From NCBI GenBank assembly GCA_017464565.1, contig JAFTZH010000035.1:149781-213780 (forward strand): 64,000 nt of DNA, written 5' to 3'. Source of the DNA: Clostridia bacterium (GTDB taxonomy: Bacteria > Bacillota > Clostridia > Oscillospirales > CAG-272). Made by a program: the position numbers and the translations under genes. The notes below the pieces were generated by a model, which did no database searches, was not told the origin of the DNA, and worked only from the letters and a program-made list of their open reading frames with translations. Shown here piece by piece: positions 43,155 to 53,094 of this stretch; position 1 is the first letter of the stretch, and each line of letters begins with the position of its first letter.

Positions 43155-44510
43155 ATGAATATAGTTATAGTCGGAGGGGGAACGGTCGGTGCCGCCATAT
43201 GCTCACAACTCGCCGTAGAAGGACACGATATAACTCTCGTTGACACAGACCTTGCCGCGCTCACAGAGCTGTCAAATCTTTACGATGTTTTCGGAGTCAA
43301 CGGAAACGGTGCCGAGCTGTCGGTATTGAAAAAAGCCGGAGTTGACAAAGCCGAGCTTCTTATCGCCGTTACCTCAAGCGACGAGATAAATATACTCTGC
43401 TGTGCCGCGGCTAAAAAGCTTGGAGTGGAGCATACGATAGCCAGAGTCCGAAATCCCGAATATTCCGAGCTTATGCAGTTTATGAGAAGCGAGCTTAACC
43501 TTTCTCTGACGATAAATCCCGAGCTTGCGGTAGCGAAAGAGATATACCGTATGCTTCGCTTCCCCTCGGCTACAAAAATAGATACCTTCGGCAAGGGACG
43601 CGTGGAGGCAGCGGAGTTCGAGGTAAGCGCTGATTCCGCTCTATGCGGAAGAACGCTCAACGAATTGAGAAACAAGCTCAATATCCGTTTTCTCGTATGC
43701 GCAGTTCTCAGAGACGGAAAGCCTTATATACCGACGGGATTTTTCAGCATTGAGGCGGGAGACCTGCTCTGCGTAACGGCTCCCGAAGAAGATATAACCA
43801 AATTTTTCAAGGCGGCGGGAATATACAAGCATCCCGTAAAAGACGTCGTTATAGTAGGCGGCGGACGCACTACGTATTATCTTGAAGCTCTTCTTAAAAA
43901 AGGCAAGATAAAGTCCACCGTAATCGAAAAAAGCAAGGAGCACTGCCGTGAGCTTGCCGAGGAATACGACTGCACCGTAATCTGCAACGACGGAACCAAG
44001 CAGGAGGTACTGCTTGAGGAAGGTCTTGCAAATACCGACGCGTTTTTGGCCCTCTCGGACGTCGATGAGGAAAACGCCATCGTTTCTATGTACGCAAAAA
44101 CTCAAAACACGGGCAAAATAATCACGATGATAAAGACGATATCCTACGTCGATCTTTTCAAGGGAGTAGGACTTGACAGCATAGTTTCCCCGAAATCCTC
44201 GACCGCTATCTCTATTCTCAAATACGTTCGCTCTATGGCAAACGTACGCGGCTCCGAGATAGAATCGCTTCACAAGCTTATGAACGACAGCGTCGAGGCG
44301 CTTGAATTCAGTATACGCGAGGAAATAGACGGGCTTACCGGTACGCCGCTGAAAGACCTTAAGCTTCGTTCGGACATCCTGATAGCTTGTATAGTCCGCA
44401 AGGACAAGGTTATAATCCCTTCCGGAAGCGACGCAATATACAACGGAGATACGGTCATAATAGTTACAACCGAGGCTCAAATAAAAGGAATCGGAGAGAT
44501 ATTGAAATAA
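43155..44510 (+). CDS. trkA: Trk system K+ uptake protein TrkA (two RCK modules)
   Basis: Start at ATG 43155 (AAAGGAG RBS). MNIVIVGGGTVGAAI and VVIVGGGRTTYY Rossmann motifs, each followed by RCK_C. The track ORF's 17-codon N-extension is rejected. Confidence 0.9.
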   Translation: MNIVIVGGGTVGAAICSQLAVEGHDITLVDTDLAALTELSNLYDVFGVNGNGAELSVLKKAGVDKAELLIAVTSSDEINILCCAAAKKLGVEHTIARVRNPEYSELMQFMRSELNLSLTINPELAVAKEIYRMLRFPSATKIDTFGKGRVEAAEFEVSADSALCGRTLNELRNKLNIRFLVCAVLRDGKPYIPTGFFSIEAGDLLCVTAPEEDITKFFKAAGIYKHPVKDVVIVGGGRTTYYLEALLKKGKIKSTVIEKSKEHCRELAEEYDCTVICNDGTKQEVLLEEGLANTDAFLALSDVDEENAIVSMYAKTQNTGKIITMIKTISYVDLFKGVGLDSIVSPKSSTAISILKYVRSMANVRGSEIESLHKLMNDSVEALEFSIREEIDGLTGTPLKDLKLRSDILIACIVRKDKVIIPSGSDAIYNGDTVIIVTTEAQIKGIGEILK

Positions 44511-45949
44511 TGAATTACCGTATGATACTGAATCTGCTCGGCACCATTCTTCTCACAGAGGGTTTGCTGATGCTTATTCCCACCTCCGTCGCATTATATT
44601 ACGGAGAAAGCGTAACGCCTTTCCTGATAACGATAGCTATAATAGCCGTTATCTCTCTCCCGCTTGCCATATTCAAGCCTAAAAACAGACAGATATACGC
44701 AAAAGAAGGCTTTATCACCGTCGCCGCAGGCTGGATATTTATGTCGGTTTTCGGAGCGCTTCCCTTCGTTTTCAGCGGAGCGATACCGAACTTTATCGAC
44801 GCGCTTTTTGAGACCGTGTCGGGCTTTACGACGACGGGTGCCTCTATCCTCTCCGAAATAGAATCTCTTCCCAGAGGAGTGCTTCTCTGGCGAAGCTTTA
44901 CGCACTGGATAGGAGGTATGGGAGTTCTCGTATTCGTTCTTGCAATACTGCCGTCGGCGGGCGGTCAGACCATACATCTTATGCGCGCTGAGGTTCCGGG
45001 TCCCACAAAAGGAAAGCTCGTACCGAAAATGAAGCAGACCGCCATAATTCTTTACGGAATTTATATAGCCTTGACTGTAATTGAGACTATAGTGCTTCTT
45101 CTGTGCGGTCTTCCCCTCTACGATTCTGTCGTCAATTCCTTTTCAACTGCGGGAACGGGAGGCTTTTCGGTTTTGAATAACTCTATCGCGGGATATAACA
45201 ATCCCGCCGTAGAATGGGTCATAGCTATTTTTATGCTTCTGTTCGGAATAAACTTCAATATATACTTCTTCATACTTATCGGACGCGTAAAGGATGCCTT
45301 TCGAAACGAGGAACTTCGAGCGTATCTGATAATCTGCACCCTCTCGATAACCGCGATAGCAATAAATACGTCGCATATGTTTGATAAGCTCGGGGATTGT
45401 ATTCGCACGTCCTTTTTCCAGGTAACGAGTGTTATATCCACCTCGGGATTCGCTACCGTTGACTTTAACGAATGGCCCGTTTTCTCCAAAACGATTCTCG
45501 TTATCCTTATGGTCGTCGGCGCGTGCGCCGGCTCTACCACGGGAGGTCTGAAAATATCGCGCGTACTCATTCTTTTGAAGAGTATTATTCGTGAGATACG
45601 GCAAATGCTTCACCCCCGCTCGGTCAACGTGGTCCGCCTCGACGACGAGGTAGTCCCCGATGAAACGGTTCACGCCGCGAACGGTTATTTTGCGATATAC
45701 GCGGCTCTTATCATCATAAGTACGCTTGTCGTATCGTTTGACGGATACAGTATGGAAACCAATCTGGTCGCGGCGATAAGCACTATAAACAACGTAGGAC
45801 CTCTGCTTGGAGACGTCGGACCTATGGGAAACTTTTCGGGATATTCCGCATTTTCAAAAATCGCCTTTTCACTTAATATGCTTATAGGAAGACTCGAGAT
45901 TATGCCTATAATGATTCTCTTCTCTCCTATGACTTGGAAAAAGCGTTGA
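44510..45949 (+). CDS. trkH: TrkH/KtrB-family K+ transporter membrane subunit
   Basis: Start ATG 44510 in a TAATG overlap with the trkA stop. Polytopic, with repeated selectivity-filter-like GFTTTGA/STSGFAT motifs. Confidence 0.9.
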   Translation: MNYRMILNLLGTILLTEGLLMLIPTSVALYYGESVTPFLITIAIIAVISLPLAIFKPKNRQIYAKEGFITVAAGWIFMSVFGALPFVFSGAIPNFIDALFETVSGFTTTGASILSEIESLPRGVLLWRSFTHWIGGMGVLVFVLAILPSAGGQTIHLMRAEVPGPTKGKLVPKMKQTAIILYGIYIALTVIETIVLLLCGLPLYDSVVNSFSTAGTGGFSVLNNSIAGYNNPAVEWVIAIFMLLFGINFNIYFFILIGRVKDAFRNEELRAYLIICTLSITAIAINTSHMFDKLGDCIRTSFFQVTSVISTSGFATVDFNEWPVFSKTILVILMVVGACAGSTTGGLKISRVLILLKSIIREIRQMLHPRSVNVVRLDDEVVPDETVHAANGYFAIYAALIIISTLVVSFDGYSMETNLVAAISTINNVGPLLGDVGPMGNFSGYSAFSKIAFSLNMLIGRLEIMPIMILFSPMTWKKR

Positions 45950-45952
45950 TGT

Positions 45953-45997
45953 AAAAAAAACAGCGTGAAAGTCAATACGGCTTTCACGCTTTTTTTA
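45953..45997. terminator. bidirectional intrinsic terminator between convergent trkH and epimerase-like genes
   Basis: A-run, AGCGTGAAAG-TCAATACGG-CTTTCACGCT (45962-45990), T-run. Confidence 0.8.
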
Positions 45998-46963
45998 TTA
46001 TCTTTCGACAAAATCAAATTTTACGGTATAGGTACGTTCTTCCTCGGGAGCGAGGAATTCAAGCACGCCCTTCTTACGCATAACGTCTCTGCCGTCGGGC
46101 TGACAGTTTCCCGGCTCGATTCCGAGAACGTAATCCTGCTCCGCCATCATCTTCCACTCGGTAAAGAATTTAAGCTTCGACGAATCGTAGGTCATCACGA
46201 GTCCCTTGTTAAGCGTCGGATTGAATACCGACACCTTCGCCTCTCCGTCAAAGGTGTGATAGTAGCATTTTTCCTCATAGCTCGGCTGGGGCTTCTCCAT
46301 TTTCAAACAATCCTCAAGTCCCTCCGCCGCGTGGGCGTTTCTCGGCTCTATCTTAAGGGAGGACGCCTTCACCTCCGCGTTTTCGTCGAGAAGCGGATAT
46401 CCTACGTTGAAATGATAAAGCATCTGCAGCGGCGTTTCGGAAGCGCCGAAATTGATTATCCTGTCGTTAATATACAGCTCGTTTTTGAAAAGCGGAACTA
46501 CGTATTCGCGCTCAAGAATAAGCTTGTGAGCGAAAATCGCCGCGTCTCTTACGCGAGCCTTGACGTGTATCTCGCCGTTCGATATCCAATGTCCGAAGCT
46601 CTCACAGGGCATATTAGATATCGTACCGTGGAGCGGACACTCTTCCCCATCGTCAACGCAGGGATTGCCCGCGCAGGTAAGTCCGCAGGTTGTCAGAAAG
46701 CCCGCGGTAAAGGATTTGAGAAAAGCCAAGCCCGTCTTGTCGTAATATTCCGGAGAGACGTATCCGCAGGGAGAGAAATACCCGAAATTGTCTCCCTTGA
46801 AGGAAAGTCTTGATATATCGGCACAGCGGTCGAGCGAAATCGTAAATTCAAGTCCGCTTCCGTTTCGCACCTGCAAAAGACGCATTCCGTCTCCGCGTCC
46901 GCCGACGAGACGGTGCTCCTCTACACCGTATAGCTGTGATTCGTGTCCTACGTATTTATTCAT
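45998..46963 (-). CDS. aldose 1-epimerase-like (DUF4432) family protein
   Basis: 321 aa. ...GLEFTISLDRCADISRLSFKG...FLTTCGLTCAGNPCVDDGEECPLHGTISNMP... fits the DUF4432/galactose-mutarotase-like family. Confidence 0.6.
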   Translation of the reverse strand: MNKYVGHESQLYGVEEHRLVGGRGDGMRLLQVRNGSGLEFTISLDRCADISRLSFKGDNFGYFSPCGYVSPEYYDKTGLAFLKSFTAGFLTTCGLTCAGNPCVDDGEECPLHGTISNMPCESFGHWISNGEIHVKARVRDAAIFAHKLILEREYVVPLFKNELYINDRIINFGASETPLQMLYHFNVGYPLLDENAEVKASSLKIEPRNAHAAEGLEDCLKMEKPQPSYEEKCYYHTFDGEAKVSVFNPTLNKGLVMTYDSSKLKFFTEWKMMAEQDYVLGIEPGNCQPDGRDVMRKKGVLEFLAPEEERTYTVKFDFVER

Positions 46964-47021
46964 AAAAATTCCTCTCTGCTCAGCAAGGGACCGTCAAAAC
47001 GGTCCCTCACTTTATTTTCTG

Positions 47022-50018
47022 TCAAACGGTTTTATTTTTCTTTTTCTTTATGATAACGAGCGTAACCCCGGCAGCCGCTCCCGCAGCAAAGACGACGCAC
47101 GCCACGATTACTATTACTACTATTGCCTTATTATCCGCAGGCTCCTCTTTTCCGTCCGAAGCCGTCGTATCCTCGGTAGAGTCCGCGCCGTCCGCGCTGA
47201 GGGTAACTACCGTTCTCTCCTTGTCAAGTGTAAGCGTGCAATATCCATCCTCGCCAACCGTAAGCCCCTCAACTCCCTCGGGAATATAGAGCTTGACGGT
47301 GGTTCCGACCTCACCGCTTATAACGCACTCGCTCGAATCAAAATAGATAGCCGCCGACACGGGAGCCGATGCTTGAAGAAGCTTTGTTCCGTCATATGAA
47401 AGCTCCTTCGCGCCGGTTGCCGCGTATCCTATATATCCGTCGCTTCCGAGTCCGAAGAGAGACGCAGACGTTCCGTCGGAGGAAAGTCCCGCTCCGTCAA
47501 CACCCGCCGCCTTGGATATAAGAATTATATCCGAAAGCTCGCCGTAAGACGCCTTGACTCCGCTCTGCTTGTCATTCGTATAAGACTCCGAAACAGATAC
47601 CGCATTTCCGACGTTCTCAGAATTGGCGTTGCCCTTGACGGGAGCTATTACGGCGCAGAAGCTGTCGGAAGCCGCCGCCTCGCCTCCGCTCACGGTGATG
47701 AGCGAGCCTATGCCGTTCCAATTGCCGAAGGATATGTCAGCCTTGCTGTCAAAGCTTATCTTCACCGAGCCTCCGAGTCCCGTAAGCGCAAAGCGGTCGG
47801 TATCGGTTACCGATTTGTTCTTCGCGAGCGAGCCTATCGAGCCGTCGGCACCTATCGTTCTGAACTGGCTTATATTCTCGGCGTTGAGAACCCAAGAATA
47901 AGTATGAGCGCTGTCGGACGCGAGATCGTCCGCGATAACGTAATACGACGCGCTTCCGTGGTTGACCATTATAAAGCTTCTGTCAAATTCGGTAAGCGTA
48001 TTATACGCGCCCTCCGCGCTTCCGAGCAGATATGAGAAGGCAGAGCTGTCTATAAGCGTTTCAAGGGTGGATTTACCCTTGTAATCCTGTGATTTTCCGT
48101 CAACGTATATCGTGCTGTGTCCGTAAGAGAGCGAATAGTCGCTCTTATATCCTCCGCCGTAATCCTGATATCCGGGGTCGCCCAAGAGCCAGCCGCTTCC
48201 GAGCGATAGCACGAAGCTGTTCTGGTCGTAATGGCTGTGTCCCTGCGAGGAATTGTTGGCGACGCATACGAGGAGCATATCGTCGTCCTCCCAGCCCGTG
48301 CGGAGCGTTCCCCAGCCGATAGAGGGGATAACGCCGTTCTTAAGGTTTACGCCCGTTCTCGCGGTGTATTCGTCGGGAGTTTCGGACTTCATATCGGCGC
48401 AGTAGTAAACGATTCTCGTGAAATCAGATACCGAAAAAGTTCTGCTTCCGACGTACCAGCCCGCGAGAGCGTTGCCCTGCTCTCTGTTCATAACGCAGGC
48501 GGTGGTGTAAAAATACGTGTTGCTATAGAAATCGGATATTTCGGGGCCGTAGCCGTTGGCGTTATCCGCCGCCATAGCAGCCCAGACGAACACGGTTTCC
48601 ATATATTCGCTCGCCATAAGCGAGTTGTCTCCCGTAACTCTCTTTATCGTATCGAGAGCGCTTGATATAAGGTCTATCGAATACGAGGTATAGCTGAGTC
48701 CCTCCTGACTCTCCGACTTGCTTCTCTCCTCAAGATACCAGTCTATATACTCGTAAGCGCGGGAGAGATATCTCTCTGCGTCGGTATCGGTATCGAGCAC
48801 GAGACAGCTTCCAATTGCGAGAGCCGTCGCCTTATTGACGTAATAGTTGTGGTCGGTAAAGGCGGAGAGATCGGCGTAAAGCTTTGAGAGGCCCAAATTC
48901 TCAAGAGCCGTCAGCGCGTTGGTTTTCTGCGTTTCAGAAAGCCTGTCGTAGCAGATATCGTAAACGGTAGCGACTCCCACCGTAAAATAACCCGTCTCAA
49001 GCGAGGTACGGTTTATCGTGGGGTGCTCGGTCCAGGTGGTCCACGCGCAGAGCGAATCCATAAGGGCTATCGCGCGGTCGGCGTATTTTGCCTCACCCGT
49101 AAGCGCGTAAGCGAGAGAGAGGGTCTGCATCATTTCCTTCATCTCGTTGCCCATTTCCTGCCAATAGGGATAATTGCTTCCGCTGTATCCCGAGGGCGCG
49201 CTCGCGAAATGCTTTTCCTCAAAGGGTATAGCGAAATTAACGGTGGTGGTGCTGTAATAGGTCATAGAAAAGCTCGACTTCGTAAGAAGCGCGTCGGCGT
49301 CTGCGATAAGGCTTGATACCACCTTGTCGCCTATAAATCCGCAGGCGTTAGCCGTCTTTTCATCAGCGAGAGATTTGAGTGTTTCAAGCTCGCCCGCGTT
49401 AAAATAAAGCCTCGGATGAGCTTCTTCCCGAATCTCAAAATCCTTTATCGTCTGCTCGGTGTCGGCGGCCTCTTCCTTGACTATTACGTTGTCAAAGTAG
49501 CTTATGCCCTTGTTCGCGACTCCGCTGTAAAGGAGTATCGTCGTTCCGGTAGCTTCATTGGGAACCATAACCGAAAAGGTAAGCGTTGTCCATCTTCCCG
49601 TCTCTGTGGCGGTTGAGCTTACGTTGCTTATTCTGTTTGAAAGCGTGCTTGTGTTCGGGGTTCCGTTCCAGAACTCGATAAAGACGTTGGCGTTGCCCGA
49701 ATCGTTGTAAACGTCTACCGTTATATCGTAATATTTGTTTTTTTCAAGAGTTATAACCGAGCTTCGCAGTCCTCCGCCCGAGCTTGTGGAAGTGTCCTCT
49801 ACTCTGGCAGAAGAAGAGCCGTGTGAGGCAAGGTCTGACGAGGGGTCGGCTCTCGTGCCTCCGTATCTTGACCATTCGGCAAAGCCTCCCTCAAAGGATT
49901 CAAAATAAAAATATTCAGGCTCGTCTGCGGCACCCGCGGCGCTCGCGAGGACGAGTGAGAGTATCGCCATTACGGCAAGAGTTACCGCGACGGCAGTTCT
50001 TTTAAAACGTTTGCGCAT
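47022..50018 (-). CDS. secreted, C-terminally membrane-anchored heparinase II/III-like polysaccharide lyase with N-terminal CBM-like module
   Basis: 998 aa. Signal peptide MRKRFKRTAVAVTLAVMAILSLVLASAAGA. HPRLYFNAGELETL... (DUF4962/alginate-lyase-like N-domain). GHSHYDQNSFVL (heparinase II/III motif). C-terminal TM IVVIVIVACVVFAAGAAAGVTLVII plus KKKKNK. Confidence 0.6.
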   Translation of the reverse strand: MRKRFKRTAVAVTLAVMAILSLVLASAAGAADEPEYFYFESFEGGFAEWSRYGGTRADPSSDLASHGSSSARVEDTSTSSGGGLRSSVITLEKNKYYDITVDVYNDSGNANVFIEFWNGTPNTSTLSNRISNVSSTATETGRWTTLTFSVMVPNEATGTTILLYSGVANKGISYFDNVIVKEEAADTEQTIKDFEIREEAHPRLYFNAGELETLKSLADEKTANACGFIGDKVVSSLIADADALLTKSSFSMTYYSTTTVNFAIPFEEKHFASAPSGYSGSNYPYWQEMGNEMKEMMQTLSLAYALTGEAKYADRAIALMDSLCAWTTWTEHPTINRTSLETGYFTVGVATVYDICYDRLSETQKTNALTALENLGLSKLYADLSAFTDHNYYVNKATALAIGSCLVLDTDTDAERYLSRAYEYIDWYLEERSKSESQEGLSYTSYSIDLISSALDTIKRVTGDNSLMASEYMETVFVWAAMAADNANGYGPEISDFYSNTYFYTTACVMNREQGNALAGWYVGSRTFSVSDFTRIVYYCADMKSETPDEYTARTGVNLKNGVIPSIGWGTLRTGWEDDDMLLVCVANNSSQGHSHYDQNSFVLSLGSGWLLGDPGYQDYGGGYKSDYSLSYGHSTIYVDGKSQDYKGKSTLETLIDSSAFSYLLGSAEGAYNTLTEFDRSFIMVNHGSASYYVIADDLASDSAHTYSWVLNAENISQFRTIGADGSIGSLAKNKSVTDTDRFALTGLGGSVKISFDSKADISFGNWNGIGSLITVSGGEAAASDSFCAVIAPVKGNANSENVGNAVSVSESYTNDKQSGVKASYGELSDIILISKAAGVDGAGLSSDGTSASLFGLGSDGYIGYAATGAKELSYDGTKLLQASAPVSAAIYFDSSECVISGEVGTTVKLYIPEGVEGLTVGEDGYCTLTLDKERTVVTLSADGADSTEDTTASDGKEEPADNKAIVVIVIVACVVFAAGAAAGVTLVIIKKKKNKTV

Positions 50019-50135
50019 AATTTCTCCGTACCGCGAAAACGCGGTGAAAATAGGTTTAGTTCTTATTTTTACCTTCCAAGCAATTGAAGGGTTCTTGGGT
50101 ATATCGAAATATGTTTAAGTTTTGAGTCTTTTGAG

Positions 50136-50170
50136 CTAAAATTGCCGTTGCGGAATTATCCGCAACGGCA
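50136..50170 (-). terminator. intrinsic terminator of the 829-aa surface protein gene
   Basis: Minus strand TTGCCGTTGCGG-ATAATT-CCGCAACGGCAA followed by TTTTAG. Confidence 0.7.
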
Positions 50171-50225
50171 ACGGTTAGTGTGTCAATCCTTAACGTTATA
50201 TTACCGTATTAGGATATTTTTTGTG

Positions 50226-52715
50226 TTAGTCCTCTTTGCGCTTTTTAGTAACGACTACGGTGCCTGCGGCAACTGCTGCTACTACTGCGAAGGAAGCAAC
50301 GGTTATCGAGCTTCCGCATCCGCCCTCTTCTTCAGCGGCGGTTGTTGCCACGGTAGTGGTTGCGGCAGTGGTAGTTGCTTTAGTGGTAAGTTCCGCAGTG
50401 GTGGTAGCCTGGGTCGTCGAGGAAGCGGTCGTCGAAGCTTCTGTCGTCGAGGAGGTCGCAACGGTGGTTGCTACCGTCTCAGTGGTATAGAGCTTGAACG
50501 CGCCTATGCTGCAAGGCTTTATACCCGTCTTATCAGCGTCGGTATCAATACCGTTGTTGAGAACCTCGCAAGCTCCGTCAAGAACCGCAAAGCCCGCCTT
50601 ATCTACGCAAAGATCAAGAGCCGCTCCGTAAGTACTGAGATCGAATATTACCTCACCTGTGGTCTTTGTAGGATCGTTGGCAAGAGCAACGGACGCGGAA
50701 ATCTTATTGTCGACAGCAACTATCGTAACGGTAATTTCACCCTGCTGGTTAGCCGCGATAACGTCTTTAAGAATGTTGCTTCCCTCTGTCTCTACCATAT
50801 TACCTGCAGTCTCGGGTGTAGCAGTAATCTTACCCTTATAGGTCTGATTCTCGTAGTAGATACTCGAAATATTTACGAGACCGTTTGCGTCAACCTCAAC
50901 GGTTACTGCAAATCCGTCGGTTTTCTGATTGAGCAGATAGTTGGTGGGGTTCCATCTTACGTAAGTGTGAACTCGGCACTGATTGTCCTCGTTGAGCTTG
51001 ATATTGTACTGAAGCTTGTAGTTATCGGTCATACCGCCCAAATACTGAGCGCAAGCATATGCGTCTCCGTAATCAATGGAGTCGTTGGTGGTTCTCGTGA
51101 AGTATCCGTCAGATACCGAGAAGCCTTCTCTTGACGCGAGCTTCGGAACGTATACAGACCAGTCGGTCGTATTTACTGCGATATCGGCATTGAATGCCCA
51201 GTCGGGCTGTTCAAGGGTAGTATCGCCTGCCTCAACCTCACCGTTAGCGAATACGAGGTTGCCTATGCTCTCAACGGGAGCTGAAACCGTATTTACAATA
51301 GCGGGGTGAGCGGGATTTGTTACCGTATCAAGAACGGCAGCTATACCGGAAAGGTCATAGGTAAGTTCTATTGTCTTGGTATCATCGTCAGCTCTTGTAA
51401 CGTTGAGAACGAGCGTTTTAGCTGTTGCTGTGTACTCGAAGTCCCAACCAATGATAAGCTTGGTGTTTTCCGTGATACCCGCCATAAGAGTGGTATCGGC
51501 AGCACTTCCCGTGGAGGGTGTAACCTTGTTACCAGCGGCATAAGCTCCGTTTTCAGGATAGGCTATAAGCGTAAATGCAAGAGTTTTAGTGCCGGCAGTA
51601 TATCCAATCATAAGGTTAAGTCCGTTGAGCTTACCCTCAGAAGCCCAAGAACGCATCGACGACGCGTTTTGTGTAATTAACTCATCCCAATAAATGAAGG
51701 TGTAAGTAGAAGCGTCTGCGTCTGCCTTATATTCTGCTTCATAGGAGAATGAGTACTTGGTCTTATCGTACTGCTCTGAACCCGCATACTGAAGGATGTA
51801 ATCCTTAGTAGCCGAAGTAGCCTTGGTTACGGAAAGAGGATTCTGCGCGTTTGCAACGAAGCCCGTCGTCTTTGCCGCATAGTTCTTGCAGTTGAAGCCC
51901 TGTACGAAGCTTATAGCGTCGCCGCCGTTTATCTTAACGTTGTTTATCTCTTCAACAGCAATGGCAGTTCCTGCTCCGTAATCCGCCAAAGCAAAAGGCT
52001 GTGCGTCGGTAACGCTGTCAAGGTTAGCCTTGGTGTTCGTTTCGGAAAGGTCGTACGTAAAGGTAGCAGTCTTGGTTGCGTCTGCGGTACTGGTTACGGT
52101 TACAACCATAGTCTCGCCGTAATCAAAAGCGATAGAAACGTTAAAGCTTGAGCTTGCGGCAAGTCCGGTTATATCAAGAGATGCCGCCGCACTTCCTGAT
52201 GCAAGTACGCCCTTTGCGTACTTGGAACCAGCCTGATTGTAAGTAAGAAGCGAGAAAGCAAGAGCCGAACCGTTGGAACTCATAAAGAGACCCGCGCCTG
52301 CCGCCTTACCCTCGGAAGCAAACGTTCTTACGTTATTGCTGGTAGCGGAAACATAAGCCCAATCCTGCCAATACACGAAAGTCATAAGACCCGTGTTGCC
52401 TCCGTCGCCAAGCGTATTCGTCTCGTTAAGCTTTACGTCGTAAGAAAGCGAGTAATGCTTGTTGTTGTAGTCAACGTTGCCTGCGTACTGAAGGGTTGAA
52501 TACGTACCCGCAACAGCACTTGCGTTTTTAGGTATGTTGGTAGTCGTCGAGCTTGTCAGCGCGAAGCCTGAATTCTGCTCGTAGGTCTTTACATTAAACT
52601 TCTGAGTCATATCCACGTAGCTTGGCGTACCAGCCTCTGCCGAAGCGGGAACGATAGCAAGCGCCATAGGAATGAGCATCATCAAAGCCAATGCAACTGC
52701 TAAGATTTTTTTCAT
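50226..52715 (-). CDS. secreted surface protein with three ~230-aa tandem modules, Thr-rich linker and C-terminal TM anchor (function unknown)
   Basis: 829 aa. Signal peptide MKKILAVALALMMLIPMALAIVPASAEA. Recurring blocks appear three times: (K.Y.LSY/QY..KLNE, T(F/Y)(V/I)YW, ASEGK, LAF(S/T)L, T..YDLS). Tail TT(A/S/E)-rich ... EEEGGCGSS-ITVASFAVVAAVAAGTVVV-TKKRKED. Confidence 0.7.
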   Translation of the reverse strand: MKKILAVALALMMLIPMALAIVPASAEAGTPSYVDMTQKFNVKTYEQNSGFALTSSTTTNIPKNASAVAGTYSTLQYAGNVDYNNKHYSLSYDVKLNETNTLGDGGNTGLMTFVYWQDWAYVSATSNNVRTFASEGKAAGAGLFMSSNGSALAFSLLTYNQAGSKYAKGVLASGSAAASLDITGLAASSSFNVSIAFDYGETMVVTVTSTADATKTATFTYDLSETNTKANLDSVTDAQPFALADYGAGTAIAVEEINNVKINGGDAISFVQGFNCKNYAAKTTGFVANAQNPLSVTKATSATKDYILQYAGSEQYDKTKYSFSYEAEYKADADASTYTFIYWDELITQNASSMRSWASEGKLNGLNLMIGYTAGTKTLAFTLIAYPENGAYAAGNKVTPSTGSAADTTLMAGITENTKLIIGWDFEYTATAKTLVLNVTRADDDTKTIELTYDLSGIAAVLDTVTNPAHPAIVNTVSAPVESIGNLVFANGEVEAGDTTLEQPDWAFNADIAVNTTDWSVYVPKLASREGFSVSDGYFTRTTNDSIDYGDAYACAQYLGGMTDNYKLQYNIKLNEDNQCRVHTYVRWNPTNYLLNQKTDGFAVTVEVDANGLVNISSIYYENQTYKGKITATPETAGNMVETEGSNILKDVIAANQQGEITVTIVAVDNKISASVALANDPTKTTGEVIFDLSTYGAALDLCVDKAGFAVLDGACEVLNNGIDTDADKTGIKPCSIGAFKLYTTETVATTVATSSTTEASTTASSTTQATTTAELTTKATTTAATTTVATTAAEEEGGCGSSITVASFAVVAAVAAGTVVVTKKRKED

Positions 52716-52823
52716 AAAATTTTCCTCCTTTTAATTAAGTAACCGGTTAGTTATATTTCGATATACCCATATCGGGGTTACTTCAATATTATATAAAGAC
52801 CACAAAACAATTAGTCTATTGGT

Positions 52824-52852
52824 ATAATACCACAAAAACGGTATCTTGTCAA
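52824..52852 (-). promoter_or_regulatory. sigma-A promoter of the 829-aa surface protein gene
   Basis: Minus strand TTGACA (52852-52847), 17-nt spacer, TATTAT (52829-52824). Confidence 0.55.
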
Positions 52853-53094
52853 CTGATATTTTTTTGCTGTATTGGAGATTTTTACATATAAAATCAGAGT
52901 TTTGCCTATTTCGGTTTGATTTGAAACCGAAAGTTACTTTTGGACATTCGGCTACAAAAGCCCGTGTATTTTTGTTGCAAATTGCACCAAATATTTGAGG
53001 AGTCAAAAGCCCTCTGTTTTTGATTTTCGGTTTTTTTGCCGATAATTTAGCAAAACTTTGGGCATTTTGTCCTATTTTTTGGCGAATAAACCAA

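Noticed and set aside
50142-51134. 330-aa plus-strand ORF and the Ala/Val/Thr-repeat ORF 50236-50490, opposite the 829-aa surface protein gene
   Set aside because: These are antisense images of the Thr-rich stalk and module 3. The low-complexity product is an artefact of the repeat.
52731-53006. 91-aa minus-strand ORF in the AT-rich gap upstream of the surface protein gene
   Set aside because: It overlaps the mapped promoter and 5'-UTR region. No RBS, and the composition is dictated by AT-rich intergenic DNA.
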